Origin: Candidatus Hydrogenedentales bacterium
GTDB taxonomy: Bacteria; Hydrogenedentota; Hydrogenedentia; Hydrogenedentales; SLHB01
Assembly (NCBI GenBank): GCA_041859475.1
Contig: JBHEKO010000545.1
Location: 1 to 53,454 of the forward strand
DNA length: 53,454 bases
Direction: 5' to 3'
In this document: positions 27,886 to 38,114 of the stretch, piece after piece
Position numbering within the stretch: the first letter of the stretch is position 1
Layout of the letters: every line of letters begins with the position of its first letter
Translations under genes and position numbers: made by a program
Notes under the pieces: model-generated
Told to the model about the DNA's origin: nothing
The model's database searches: none
What the model saw: the letters and a program-made list of their open reading frames with translations, nothing else

Positions 27886-28443
27886 AGTTCACCCAAGATC
27901 CAAAGCAATACGCCGGAATGGGGCATGGCACTAAGCGTCTCCAGTCTCTTCCCGCGAAACGGCGCGAGAAAAGACGCAAAACGACCCCTTCCCCGAACGT
28001 CAGCTTCCGATTGTAACAGGATACCCGAAGGCGGATCTTACACTCCTTGCACATGGGTGGTCAATTAAGGAGAGACGAAATCTGCATCTTGTAGCCCGTT
28101 CTCCGCCGACACACCTGTCGGCAGCCGGGCGTCTTCGTTCTCGCTTCTGCGCAGAGTACCTGTATTCGTAGCCTGCAATTCAGCGCCTGGTTTGCCGAAC
28201 CCGGCGCATGGATGTGACCGCCGTTGGGTTTTCCCGGGACTTGTCAGTAGCGCGCAGTCTGCGGTTTACCCCGCGCCGCGCTCGGCGATCACGGCGCGGT
28301 CTACTGAAGCGCCCGAACAGTCCTGAGCCTTGCGTCATGCTGGACTCTACCGCCGGACGCACACTAAGATTATTTCGCTGGAGGCGACAGTGCGCCTCCT
28401 TCCGAAGATTCGCTGTCCGGTGGAAAGACCTGGAGCCATCGAA

Positions 28444-29472
28444 ATGCGCGTTGCCGTATTCAACACCCGTCCCCATGACGAAGGGGCTTTTGCCAGTGCA
28501 AATAGCGCCTTCGGACATCCCGTTACCTACTTCGAGTCTCCACTGAACGCGGAGACGGTCCCCTTGGCCAAAGGCTATCCCTGTGTGTGCGCTTCTGCCG
28601 GGGACCTGTTGGACTCAGACGTAGTCGAAACGCTGGCCTCCGGCGGCACGCGTCTCATTGCGCTTCGTTGCTCAGGCCTCAATCATGTGGATCTTGCGGC
28701 GGCGTGGGAGAGAGGCCTCTCCCTTGTGCGTGTCCCTGCCTGTTCACCCCACGCGGTAGCGGAACACACCCTCGCGCTCATCCTCACACTCAGTCGCGGA
28801 ATTCCGCGTGCCTATGAGCGTGTAAGGGACGGAAATCCTGCTCGAGACGGCCTTATCGGACTCGAATTGAACGATAAGACCGCGGGCATCATCGGCACGG
28901 GGTCCATCGGGCGCGCCGTCGCGCGGATTCTCGAAGGGTTCGGCTGCAATGTCCTTGGCTACGACCTCATCCCCAACCTCTCCTTCGAAGCCCACGGCGT
29001 CTACGTCGCGCTCGACGAGCTGTTGGCCCAATCCGATTTCATCACTCTCCATTGCCCCCTGACCCCAGACACCTATCACCTCATCGGCCGCAAAGCCTTG
29101 AAAGAAATGAAAGACGGCGTCATGCTGATCAATACCTCCCGGAGCGCGCTCCTTAGCCCAACTGCGGTTCTGGAGGCCCTCAAGAGCGGCAAGCTCGGCT
29201 ATCTTGGCCTCGACCTGTTCGAAGAAGAAACCGACCTCTACGCCCAAGAACCACCTGCCGCAATCTCCATCGCCGGCATTCTTCCAAAGCTCATGGCCTT
29301 TCCCAACGTCGTTATCACCAATCACCAAGGCCAACTCACGCAAGCTTCGCTCAATCATCTCGCGGTGACCACGCTCGAAAACATCACGGAATTCGAGCGC
29401 ACCGGTCTGTGCAGAAACGCCATCGCTCGCATCGCCCCCGAACACCTGTCACGGTCCCTCGCCACGGGATGA
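28444..29472 (+). CDS. ldhA: D-isomer-specific 2-hydroxyacid dehydrogenase (D-lactate dehydrogenase family)
   Basis: Start MRVAVFN (ATG 28444; an in-frame GTG at 28390 is an alternative). 'VRVPACSPHAVAEH', Rossmann GIIGTGSIG, 'LHCPLT', 'LINTSR', catalytic His in 'ITNHQ'. Confidence 0.85.
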   Translation: MRVAVFNTRPHDEGAFASANSAFGHPVTYFESPLNAETVPLAKGYPCVCASAGDLLDSDVVETLASGGTRLIALRCSGLNHVDLAAAWERGLSLVRVPACSPHAVAEHTLALILTLSRGIPRAYERVRDGNPARDGLIGLELNDKTAGIIGTGSIGRAVARILEGFGCNVLGYDLIPNLSFEAHGVYVALDELLAQSDFITLHCPLTPDTYHLIGRKALKEMKDGVMLINTSRSALLSPTAVLEALKSGKLGYLGLDLFEEETDLYAQEPPAAISIAGILPKLMAFPNVVITNHQGQLTQASLNHLAVTTLENITEFERTGLCRNAIARIAPEHLSRSLATG

Positions 29473-29509
29473 TTTCGCCCTCAGTGAGACCGGTCGGCTT
29501 GCGCTTACT

Positions 29510-29545
29510 GAGTCCACAAAGTCCACAGGGTCCATGGAGTCCATG
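29510..29545 (+). repeat. Nonamer tandem array, 4 units (GAGTCCACA AAGTCCACA GGGTCCATG GAGTCCATG)
   Basis: Read directly, 37 nt after the ldhA stop. Shares the NNGTCC core with the array at 3632. Confidence 0.85.
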
Positions 29546-29692
29546 CATTTTCGGGCAAAATCGCTGCCTTTTTTCCTGTGACACGCCGCCGTCGCTCAGC
29601 GTTCTCCAGCTTCCGCCGCAATGCCGGCCGGCTCTATCTGCAAGACCTTGACGAGCAAGCCTTTCGAGCGCACTCCCTTGTGCGTCGGTTTC

Positions 29693-29721
29693 TTGACACG
29701 CCCATCACCGTGTGCTATCAT
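29693..29721 (+). promoter_or_regulatory. Sigma70 promoter for the tRNA cluster / tig
   Basis: TTGACA-17 nt-TATCAT with extended -10 TG, 16 nt upstream of tRNA-Gly. Confidence 0.85.
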
Positions 29722-29737
29722 TCGCGCCGCTTGCTGA

Positions 29738-29812
<75 letters not shown>

Positions 29813-29859
29813 TTTTTGTTTTTGACGGCATGGGGGTAACAGCCCATGGTTGCGGTAGT

Positions 29860-29935
29860 GGGCCGCTAGCTCAGTTGGTAGAGCAGGTGACTCTTAATCA
29901 CAAGGTCGTGGGTTCGATTCCCTCGCGGCCCACCA
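29860..29935 (+). tRNA. tRNA-Lys(CTT)
   Basis: Acceptor GGGCCGC/GCGGCCC, anticodon loop CTCTTAA, T-loop TTCGATT, encoded CCA; 76 nt. Confidence 0.95.
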
Positions 29936-30019
29936 GTTCTTGTATTCATTTTCGGTTCGTGCCCGAGTGGCCCGTTCCGGTGATTTCACGCGATGCCAAT
30001 CCATGTCAACTGACTCTCT

Positions 30020-30104
30020 GGGCGAGTGGCGGAATTGGCAGACGCGCTGGACTTAGGATCCAGTATCGCAAGATGTGCGGGTTCAACTCCCGCCTCGCCC
30101 ACCA
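30020..30104 (+). tRNA. tRNA-Leu(TAG)
   Basis: Acceptor GGGCGAG/CTCGCCC, anticodon arm CTGGA-CTTAGGA-TCCAG, long variable arm TATC-GCAA-GATG, encoded CCA. Confidence 0.97.
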
Positions 30105-30126
30105 ACTGTGAAGCGAAATGGGAATC

Positions 30127-31578
30127 ATGGCCGACCAAGAAAAAGACACAGCGACCGTTACCGATGAAACGCCCGCAGCCCCTGGGGCCGAGGCGGAGAA
30201 CGAAGAATTCCAGTTCGTCGAAGACCCTACGTTCGACGTGGAATACAAAGGCGAGTGCGCCTACGAGGTAAAAGTCGTCGTCCCTGTGGCAAACAGGCAG
30301 AAGCAGGCCGACACTTTGTTTGAAGAACTCAAACACGATGCCGAAGTCCCCGGCTTCCGCCGCGGCCGCGCTCCGCGGAAACTCATCGAGCGCAAGTTCT
30401 CCAAAGCGGTTCGCTCCGAGGTTGAGCAGAAGCTCGTCGCCGCCGCATTTCGCAAGCTCCTCACCGATAAGGCCCTAAAGCCGATTGGTTCGCCCGATAT
30501 CGAGGGTATCGAGGAGAGTCAGGGCAAAGACGATGTTCCTCTTTCCTTCACGCTGAAGTTCGAAGTAACTCCGAAGATCGAGCTCGGCAAGTATCGCGGC
30601 GTTGCCGTCGAACGGCCCGTTGTCACGATCAAGGATGAAGATTGCCAAGAGGCCATCAACGAGCAGCGCGAGCGCTATGCTACGTTCGAGACCCTTGCCG
30701 AAGGCGTCGCAGCGGATGGCGATCAAGTGATCATTTCCTTCGAAGGGATCGTCGATGGCGAGTCCTTCGCGGGCGGAAAAGCATCCGACTATCCCTACAT
30801 CCTGGGCACCAAGCGCTTCTTCCCCGAATTCGAGACCGCCCTCCTCGGCAGTTCCGCCGGCGATGAGGTCAAGTGCACCGTGAACTTCCCCGAATCGACT
30901 CCGAGCGAGAAGTTGCGCGGTAAGGACGCCGAGTTCACCATCAAGGTCGGAGAGGTCAAGCGCAAGGTCCTTCCCGAGCTCAACGACGAATTCGCCAAGC
31001 AGGCAGGCTTCGAAAATGTCGAAGACCTTAAAGCAAAGACAGTCGAACGGCTCAGCGCGAATTCCAAGCAAATGAGCGAGTCCATTGCGCGCCGCCGCAC
31101 CTTGGAAGAAATCGTGAAGAACTGCACGTACGAAATCCCGAAATCGCTTATCGAAGCCGTGGCGGGCGAGCATTTCGAGCGTGAAGTGCGCCATCTTATG
31201 TCGCACCGCGTTCATGCCGATGCCATCGTCAATCGCACCGAAGAGTTGATGAAGGAAGCACGCGAATCCGCCATCGCCGAAATCAAGCAGATGGTGGCCC
31301 TGAACGAGATCGGCGAGGCCGAAGGCATCGAAGTCACCGACGAAGACTTTGAAAAAGAGGCCGAGACCCTCGCCTCCCAGTGGGGGATGGACGCCGACAC
31401 CGTCGCCAACTACCTCGCCTCCGAAAACGATCGACGCAGCATGTATGAGTCGCGTATCTATCGCACAAAGGCTCTCAACGTCATCATGGAGCATGCAGTC
31501 GTCACCGACAAAGAAGTTCCGGCCGACGCTCTCGACGATGAACAGGAACATGATCACCACCATGACCATGAACATTAG
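30127..31578 (+). CDS. tig: Trigger factor
   Basis: Ribosome-binding motif [14 protein letters not shown]-type middle domain ([18 protein letters not shown]), followed by clpP-clpX-lon. Start is 30127 or 30118. Confidence 0.95.
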   Translation: MADQEKDTATVTDETPAAPGAEAENEEFQFVEDPTFDVEYKGECAYEVKVVVPVANRQKQADTLFEELKHDAEVPGFRRGRAPRKLIERKFSKAVRSEVEQKLVAAAFRKLLTDKALKPIGSPDIEGIEESQGKDDVPLSFTLKFEVTPKIELGKYRGVAVERPVVTIKDEDCQEAINEQRERYATFETLAEGVAADGDQVIISFEGIVDGESFAGGKASDYPYILGTKRFFPEFETALLGSSAGDEVKCTVNFPESTPSEKLRGKDAEFTIKVGEVKRKVLPELNDEFAKQAGFENVEDLKAKTVERLSANSKQMSESIARRRTLEEIVKNCTYEIPKSLIEAVAGEHFEREVRHLMSHRVHADAIVNRTEELMKEARESAIAEIKQMVALNEIGEAEGIEVTDEDFEKEAETLASQWGMDADTVANYLASENDRRSMYESRIYRTKALNVIMEHAVVTDKEVPADALDDEQEHDHHHDHEH

Positions 31579-32185
31579 TCTGGGCGCGAGACTTTCAAAC
31601 CCCTTGGACGTACAGGCCGTCACGATTTACGAGCAGACCAGTCGCGGGGAGCGTCCCTACGACATCTACTCGCGTCTGTTGGCCGACCGGATCATCTTTC
31701 TGGGGATGCCTATTGACGACTACGTCGCCAACTACATCATCGCCCAGTTACTCTTCCTGGAAGCCGAGGACCCCGACAAGGACGTTCAGCTCTATATCAA
31801 TTCTCCTGGAGGGAGCGTGACCGCGGGGCTGGCCATCTACGACACAATGCAGTACATCAAGCCCGACCTGTCGACCATTTGTCTCGGCCAGGCATCCAGC
31901 ATGGCGGCCGTCCTGATGAGCGCAGGCGCCAAAGGCAAACGATTTGCGCTCCCGTATTCCCGCTTCCTGCTACATCAGCCGATGGGCGGAATCCAGGGGC
32001 AGGCTTCCGACATCGACATTCAGGCCCGCGAGATCATGCGCATTGGCGAGATGATAGACGAGATCCTTGTCAGGCACACCGGGCAGACTACTGACTCCAT
32101 ACGCCACGACAGCGACCGTGATTTCTTCATGGGGGCCGAAGAGGCGAAGTCCTACGGGCTTATTGATGAGGTACTCAAGCGCTAA
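31568..32185 (+). CDS. clpP: ATP-dependent Clp protease proteolytic subunit
   Basis: '[19 protein letters not shown]', '[20 protein letters not shown]', catalytic Ser (ASSMAA), His (LHQP), Asp (DRD). Start is uncertain (ATGs 31538-31568 or TTG 31604). Confidence 0.96.
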   Translation: MNISLGARLSNPLDVQAVTIYEQTSRGERPYDIYSRLLADRIIFLGMPIDDYVANYIIAQLLFLEAEDPDKDVQLYINSPGGSVTAGLAIYDTMQYIKPDLSTICLGQASSMAAVLMSAGAKGKRFALPYSRFLLHQPMGGIQGQASDIDIQAREIMRIGEMIDEILVRHTGQTTDSIRHDSDRDFFMGAEEAKSYGLIDEVLKR

Positions 32186-32348
32186 GACCCCCGTCACGGG
32201 AACTCCCGTATGAAATAGGGGATCGAGTGCGTATGTTACCCTGTGTTGGTAGGAGCAATTCCATGAAGGAGTTGCCCAAATGCCTCGGTTGAAGGCACAA
32301 TAGGGACGATAGGCCGACGGGCGGTGAGAGAATCCGTGAAGAAAACTG

Positions 32349-32377
32349 TTGACAAATTCGCCCTTAACTGCTATAAG
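32349..32377 (+). promoter_or_regulatory. Sigma70 promoter upstream of clpX
   Basis: TTGACA-17 nt-TATAAG with extended -10 TG; SD GGGAGG before the ATG at 32413. Confidence 0.75.
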
Positions 32378-32412
32378 ACACCTGTGTCTGGCAGCTCGTA
32401 AGGGAGGTTCGT

Positions 32413-33690
32413 ATGGCTCCTCATCGCACCCGGGGTGACGTCCACACGTGTTCGTTTTGCGGTAAACGTCACGATGAAGTTAGTAAACTGATTGCAGGGC
32501 CAGACGTCAACATTTGCGACGAATGCGTTAGCCTGTGCGCGGATATCGTTGCGGAAGATCGCGCCCGTAAAGGGGTTACGCGTAGTCTGAGGGTCCCTAA
32601 ACCCGCCGAAATCAAGACCTTTCTCGACCAATACGCCGTCGGCCAAGAACAGGCCAAGCGCGTCCTCTCCGTAGCCGTTCACAATCACTACAAGCGCATC
32701 GCATCCGGTGGAGAGATTGACGGCGTCGAAATCCAGAAATCCAATGTCTTGCTCATCGGCCCCTCCGGGTGTGGCAAGACCCTTCTGGCGCAATCTCTGG
32801 CAAAACTCCTGGATGTCCCCTTCGCCGTCGTCGACGCAACTACCCTCACCGAGGCCGGTTACGTTGGAGACGACGTGGAGAACATCATTCTAAAAGTTCT
32901 CCAGGCCGCCGAATTCGACCAAGGACGCGCCGAGACCGGTATCGTCTACATCGACGAAATCGACAAGATTGCCCGCAAAAGCGACAGCCCGTCCATCACG
33001 CGCGATGTCTCCGGTGAAGGCGTGCAGCAGGCCCTGCTGAAGATTCTTGAGGGCACCGTCGCCAATGTGCCCCCTCAAGGCGGACGCAAGCACCCGCAGC
33101 AAGAGTGTATTCAGGTTGATACCACCAATATTCTCTTCCTGTGCGGCGGCGCGTTTAACGGCCTTGAGCGCATCATAGAAAAGCGCACCCGGAAGACCGT
33201 CATCGGTTTCAACGCGGAGATTCTCTCCAAGAAAGACCGTAGCGTCGGCGAGATTCTGGAACTCGTGGAACCCGAAGACCTCATCAAGTTCGGTATGATT
33301 CCTGAGTTTTCCGGCCGCCTTCCGATCACGGCCACCCTGCATGAACTGAACAAGGAAGACCTGATTCGGATCCTTATCGAACCCAAGAATGCGATAATCC
33401 GGCAGTATCAGAAGCTCTTCGAACTTGAAAACGTGAAACTCTCTTTCAAAGACGATGCCATCGAGGCCGTCGCCGATCTCGCTCTTGAAAAAGAGACCGG
33501 TGCGCGCGGTCTTCGCAGTATCCTCGAAGAAGTCATGTTGGATGTCATGTTTGAGATTCCCTCGCGCAAGGACGTGCGAGAATGCGTGATTACCGCGGGT
33601 GTCATCCGGCATAAGGAAGATCCCCTGCTCGTCTACGAACATGAAGAATTCAAGTCAGTCGGCGAGCAAGGCCGTACCGCTTCGGCGTAA
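32413..33690 (+). CDS. clpX: ATP-dependent Clp protease ATP-binding subunit
   Basis: Zn finger CSFC..ICDECV, Walker A GPSGCGKT, 'TEAGYVG', 'YIDEIDKI', '[14 protein letters not shown]', IGF loop. Confidence 0.98.
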   Translation: MAPHRTRGDVHTCSFCGKRHDEVSKLIAGPDVNICDECVSLCADIVAEDRARKGVTRSLRVPKPAEIKTFLDQYAVGQEQAKRVLSVAVHNHYKRIASGGEIDGVEIQKSNVLLIGPSGCGKTLLAQSLAKLLDVPFAVVDATTLTEAGYVGDDVENIILKVLQAAEFDQGRAETGIVYIDEIDKIARKSDSPSITRDVSGEGVQQALLKILEGTVANVPPQGGRKHPQQECIQVDTTNILFLCGGAFNGLERIIEKRTRKTVIGFNAEILSKKDRSVGEILELVEPEDLIKFGMIPEFSGRLPITATLHELNKEDLIRILIEPKNAIIRQYQKLFELENVKLSFKDDAIEAVADLALEKETGARGLRSILEEVMLDVMFEIPSRKDVRECVITAGVIRHKEDPLLVYEHEEFKSVGEQGRTASA

Positions 33691-33761
33691 GGCCATACTC
33701 GGCTGACGCACAACTACTCGATATCGCCCTCAAGTTTCGGCGCAAGAGGGTCTGTTTCGCG

Positions 33762-33793
33762 GCCGGAAGGGATTCTTCCCTTCCGGTCTTTTT
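33762..33793 (+). terminator. Intrinsic terminator-like hairpin between clpX and lon
   Basis: Perfect 10-bp stem CCGGAAGGGA-TTCT-TCCCTTCCGG followed by TCTTTTT. Confidence 0.75.
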
Positions 33794-33836
33794 GGTTATA
33801 CCGCCCACAATGGGCAATTCTCTCGGAGAAGGTCAC

Positions 33837-36227
33837 ATGGCGTTGAAAGTTAAGCCTTCGGAGACTCATAAGCTTCCACTGCTCCCCCTTAAGGATGTGG
33901 TGGTTTTCCCTCGCATGGTTGTCCCTCTGCTTGTCGGCAGAAAAGGTTCCATTATCGCGGTCGAAGAATGCCTCACGGGTGGTAGCCCTCTGTTTCTGTG
34001 CACCCAGCGCGACCCGGCTGTCGATTCGCCCGCGTTTAAGGACCTATACCCCGTCGGTGTTGCCGCAAGCATCCTCCAGACGCTGCGTATGCCGGACGGC
34101 ACCATTAAGGTCGTCGTAGAGGGCCTTGGCCGGGGCCGTCTCGTCCGCATCCGAAATAAAGGCGAACTCACCGAGGCGACCGTCGAGCGCGTTCCCGAGG
34201 CTCCCCTTGAAGGCCCCCAGGTTGAAGCACTTATGCGTACCTCGCTCAACCAATTCGAGGCCTACGTTAAAGCGAGCGGCCGCGTAGCTCCCGAAGTCGT
34301 CGCCTCCCTGCGCGGCGTCACGGATCCAAATGCCCTCTCCGATCTTGTTTGCGCCTACTTGCCCCTGCGCGTGGAAGAGCGGCAGAGCCTCCTGGATTCC
34401 TTCGACGTATTGGAACGTCTCGAAAAGCTCTCTTCGCTTCTCATGCGCGAAGGCGAAATGCTCGAAATCGAGCAGCGCGTCCGCGAACGCATCCGCGAAC
34501 AAATGGATCGCAGCCAGCGCGAGTACTACCTTCACGAGCAACTTAAGGCCATTCATCAGGAGTTGGGTCGCGGCGAAGGCGGCGGCGACGAACCTTCCGA
34601 AGTCCGCGAGATGATCGAAAACGGGAAGATGCCCGCGGAGGTCCGCGAAAAGGCCTTGCGCGAGTTGGGCCGCTTCGAGCGCATGCCCGCCATGAGTCCC
34701 GAGGCTGGAATCATCCGCACGTATATCGAGTGGTTGACCGATATGCCCTGGCAAAAGCGCACGAAGGACTCGCTCGACCTCAAAGCCGCTCGTAGAGTCC
34801 TTGATGAGGATCACTTTGGACTTGTCAAAGTCAAAGAGCGCATTCTCGAGTTCCTCGCCGTCCGCAAGCTAAGCAAGAGCACAAAGGGTCCTATTCTCTG
34901 CCTCGTTGGCCCTCCTGGGGTTGGCAAGACTTCCCTCGGGAAATCCGTAGCCCGCGCCATGGGCCGCAAGTTCGTTCGCGTTTCCCTGGGCGGTGTCCGC
35001 GACGAAGCGGAAATCCGCGGGCATCGAAGAACCTACATCGGTGCATTGCCGGGCCGCGTTGTGCAGAGTCTGAAACGCACCGGCGTTAAGAATCCTGTCT
35101 TTATGCTCGATGAAATCGACAAGATGAGCACCGACTTCCGAGGGGACCCCTCCTCCGCGTTGCTCGAAGTCCTCGACCCCGAACAGAACACCGCCTTTAG
35201 CGATCACTACCTTGAGGTAGATTTCGATCTGAGTGAAGTCTTCTTCATCACGACCGCGAACAGCGAATACGATATTCCGGAACCCTTGCACGACCGCATG
35301 GAAGTGGTCCGTCTTTCGGGGTATACCTCGTTTGAAAAGGAACGCATTGCGCGCCTCTTTCTCGTTCCGAAGCAAATGAAAGAAACGGGCCTCACCGAGC
35401 GCGAAGTCCACTTCTCCGACGGTTCCCTGAAGACCGTCATTCAGCGCTATACGCGGGAAGCCGGCGTTCGCGAACTCGAACGGCAAGTGGCCAATCTTTG
35501 CCGAAAGGTTGCCCACCAGGTTGTGTCCAAACGCCGCACGCGCCGCGCCGTGATTACCGAAGCAAAGGTCCTCGAACTTCTCGGGCCCCAGAACTACAGC
35601 GAAATTCGCGCCGACAAGATTCCCCTGCCCGGAGTGGCGGTCGGGCTTGCGTGGACTTGGGCCGGGGGCGACGTGCTCAGCATCGAAACCAGCACCATGA
35701 AAGGCAAGGGGACCCTTATGCTCACCGGCCAACTCGGTGACGTCATGAAGGAGTCAGCTCAAGCCGCCTACACCTATCTCCGTTCCCACGCCAAAGAACT
35801 CGGCATTCCTCCGTTGTTCTATCGCAACATGGACCTTCACCTCCATGTGCCTGAGGGAGCCATTCCCAAAGACGGGCCATCCGCAGGGATTGCCTTGGCC
35901 GTCTCCATGGTGTCCGCTCTGCGCGCAACGCCCCCAACCGCCGCGCTTGCCATGACTGGCGAAATTACCCTGCGCGGACGTGTGCTTCCCGTCGGTGGTA
36001 TCAAAGAAAAGGTTCTCGCGGCGCACCGCGCCGGAATTCGGACCATCGTCCTTCCGAAAGAAAACGAGAAAGACCTCAAGGAAATACCCAAGGAAATCCT
36101 CGACGATATCACGATTGTGCTGGTGACCGAAGTTGGCGAGGCGTTTGCCGTTGCATTTCGCGCGTCCGATGCTTCTCCGGCGCGAACGCGCAAACCGAAA
36201 TCTAAAAAGCGCGTCCGATCCTCATGA
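33837..36227 (+). CDS. lon: Lon protease (endopeptidase La)
   Basis: Start ATG 33837. N-domain '[13 protein letters not shown]', Walker [10 protein letters not shown], 'FMLDEIDK', catalytic PKDGPSAG and GGIKEK. Confidence 0.98.
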   Translation: MALKVKPSETHKLPLLPLKDVVVFPRMVVPLLVGRKGSIIAVEECLTGGSPLFLCTQRDPAVDSPAFKDLYPVGVAASILQTLRMPDGTIKVVVEGLGRGRLVRIRNKGELTEATVERVPEAPLEGPQVEALMRTSLNQFEAYVKASGRVAPEVVASLRGVTDPNALSDLVCAYLPLRVEERQSLLDSFDVLERLEKLSSLLMREGEMLEIEQRVRERIREQMDRSQREYYLHEQLKAIHQELGRGEGGGDEPSEVREMIENGKMPAEVREKALRELGRFERMPAMSPEAGIIRTYIEWLTDMPWQKRTKDSLDLKAARRVLDEDHFGLVKVKERILEFLAVRKLSKSTKGPILCLVGPPGVGKTSLGKSVARAMGRKFVRVSLGGVRDEAEIRGHRRTYIGALPGRVVQSLKRTGVKNPVFMLDEIDKMSTDFRGDPSSALLEVLDPEQNTAFSDHYLEVDFDLSEVFFITTANSEYDIPEPLHDRMEVVRLSGYTSFEKERIARLFLVPKQMKETGLTEREVHFSDGSLKTVIQRYTREAGVRELERQVANLCRKVAHQVVSKRRTRRAVITEAKVLELLGPQNYSEIRADKIPLPGVAVGLAWTWAGGDVLSIETSTMKGKGTLMLTGQLGDVMKESAQAAYTYLRSHAKELGIPPLFYRNMDLHLHVPEGAIPKDGPSAGIALAVSMVSALRATPPTAALAMTGEITLRGRVLPVGGIKEKVLAAHRAGIRTIVLPKENEKDLKEIPKEILDDITIVLVTEVGEAFAVAFRASDASPARTRKPKSKKRVRSS

Positions 36228-36814
36228 GGATAAAGTCCGCCGAATTCGTGAAGAGCGCCATACTGTCCGATCAGTTTCCTCGCGACGGTCGGCCGGAGAT
36301 CGCGTTTGCCGGGCGCTCCAATGTCGGGAAATCCACGCTTCTGAACGTTTTGCTGAACAAGAAGAATCTCGCAAAGACCAGCAAGCGTCCCGGCAAGACG
36401 CAGATGATCAATTTCTTCGACGTGAACGGAACGGTCTACTTTGTCGATTTGCCAGGCTATGGCTTCGCGAAAGTCTCAAAGGACTTGCGCGAAGAGTGGG
36501 GGAGGGCCATCACGGATTACCTCGCGACACGTAACACACTGCGAATTGTGGCCCACCTTATTGATATACGACACAAACCTTCTGAAAACGATCACGATCT
36601 ATTGAATCTCTTGGAGGAGGCCAAAGTCCCCACTGTGCTAGTTGCCACGAAAGTCGATAAGCTGGGTGCCACAGAGCGACGCCACTACCTGGATCAACTC
36701 GCCAGGGAACTCGAGTTCGATGAGGATGTTCCCATTATTCCGTTCTCTTCTATCTCCAAAGAGGGATTGCATGAACTCTGGAACACCATTGACGCGCATA
36801 TCGGTACAAAATAG
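36224..36814 (+). CDS. engB: Ribosome biogenesis GTP-binding protein EngB/YihA/YsxC
   Basis: G1 GRSNVGKS, G2 PGKT, G3 DLPGYG, G4 TKVDK; ATGA overlap with lon. Confidence 0.97.
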   Translation: MRIKSAEFVKSAILSDQFPRDGRPEIAFAGRSNVGKSTLLNVLLNKKNLAKTSKRPGKTQMINFFDVNGTVYFVDLPGYGFAKVSKDLREEWGRAITDYLATRNTLRIVAHLIDIRHKPSENDHDLLNLLEEAKVPTVLVATKVDKLGATERRHYLDQLARELEFDEDVPIIPFSSISKEGLHELWNTIDAHIGTK

Positions 36815-36954
36815 CCTAAATGTGCTAAAGATAAAGTCATTCCGAATTTCTTTCCGTTGATTCGCGGGTATAATCCGTGTAGTCTTGTCGTCGGGGAAGT
36901 CGTGACCGCTACGTAGTTGCTGGATCATTCGGTCTACTACCGTGGGAGCCGGTG

Positions 36955-38091
36955 ATGGAGTTGTTTAAACGCATCACGGATTTGATGACGCCGCCACCGT
37001 CTAAAGCTACTGAGTCATTCAGGGTCGCGCCGCCGCGTGCGATGAATCCTCTCTCCGAAGATCAAGGTTTGACTACCGCCCCGTTGGGCGAGCTCGTCAA
37101 GAAGCTGGTCGCCATTCAAAACGTAGACGACCCAGCCGTCCTCGAGGTTCTTGAGGACATAAAGAAGATCGCGGTGCAGGGCGGACTATACGTGACCGCT
37201 TCGAAGATTCGCATCCAGCTCGACTCGATGCCCCGCATTGATCCGGCCAAGGCGACCATCAACTGGAAAGACAGAGGCTACGTTTTCGCGGCCGACCTTA
37301 TTTATCAGCACGTACTGCGCGAACTCAGGGCTATCGATGCCGAAAAGCGTGTCATCGGCCCCAATGTCTTCGCAGGGTATTTCAACGAATTGGTGGCGTG
37401 CCTGTTGCAGGGAAAGAACGTCAGACGCGCAATCGAACTCCCCGTTATCGTCATAGAATCGCTCATGGAGAGTGCCGTCTACTCCGCCGAGAATCGCGCC
37501 GGTTATCTCGATATGGTCGAACTCGGCATTCAATGCGTTCTCACGCAAGCCATGGCCAAGTACGAATTGGATTCCCGCGAACAGGCAAAGCGCCGCACGG
37601 AGATGCGCAAGACCGACACCCCCACGCCAACTGAAATGAGTCCGCTCGCTTCGTTAAGCACGGCGACCATCGCATACATGAAAGAGCTTCAGGAACAGTT
37701 CGTGCGCTTTCGTCAGGGCATAGCCAACTACCAGCGAACGCCCGTCGCACGCAACACCCTCGCTCAACAGCCTATCGATGTTGCGGCCGCGCAGCAGCAA
37801 CTCGAGTATTTGGCAGGCATCCTCAAGCTTGTGGACCCAGCCGTGTACCTTAGCCTTACGGCCTCGACCACGGAAAGCATTGCCCAACTCTACAGACCAT
37901 TGAATCCAGCGGCGCACCATGATTTCACCGTGCGCGCGGCGGAACTCTACGAACAACTCGGCGACAAAGAGCGCACGTTGCTGTTCCAGAAACTGTGCGA
38001 TCGGCGCTATACAAAGGCCGGCGACCTCTTCGCCTCCGTTTCCGAGCCTGCAAAAGCCGACGCGGTGCGACAGAAACTCTCCAAGCACTGA
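36955..38091 (+). CDS. Hypothetical soluble, mostly helical protein
   Basis: About 378 aa ORF with C-ending codon style like its neighbours, GGGAG SD and an upstream TATAAT (36869-36874). No motif recognised. Confidence 0.75.
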   Translation: MELFKRITDLMTPPPSKATESFRVAPPRAMNPLSEDQGLTTAPLGELVKKLVAIQNVDDPAVLEVLEDIKKIAVQGGLYVTASKIRIQLDSMPRIDPAKATINWKDRGYVFAADLIYQHVLRELRAIDAEKRVIGPNVFAGYFNELVACLLQGKNVRRAIELPVIVIESLMESAVYSAENRAGYLDMVELGIQCVLTQAMAKYELDSREQAKRRTEMRKTDTPTPTEMSPLASLSTATIAYMKELQEQFVRFRQGIANYQRTPVARNTLAQQPIDVAAAQQQLEYLAGILKLVDPAVYLSLTASTTESIAQLYRPLNPAAHHDFTVRAAELYEQLGDKERTLLFQKLCDRRYTKAGDLFASVSEPAKADAVRQKLSKH

Positions 38092-38114
38092 CACGCTGAC
38101 ACGCAGCAGCACTC

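Noticed and set aside
26788-28443. dif site or oriC at the skew reversal
   Set aside because: No ATAA-N6-TTATG XerC/D arrangement was found by eye, only one imperfect DnaA box, and no dnaA/parAB/gidA nearby, so it is not called as a feature.
32186-33836. CIRCE or sigma54 sites controlling clp/lon
   Set aside because: No TTAGCACTC-N9-GAGTGCTAA and no correctly spaced GG-N10-GC motif was found by eye.
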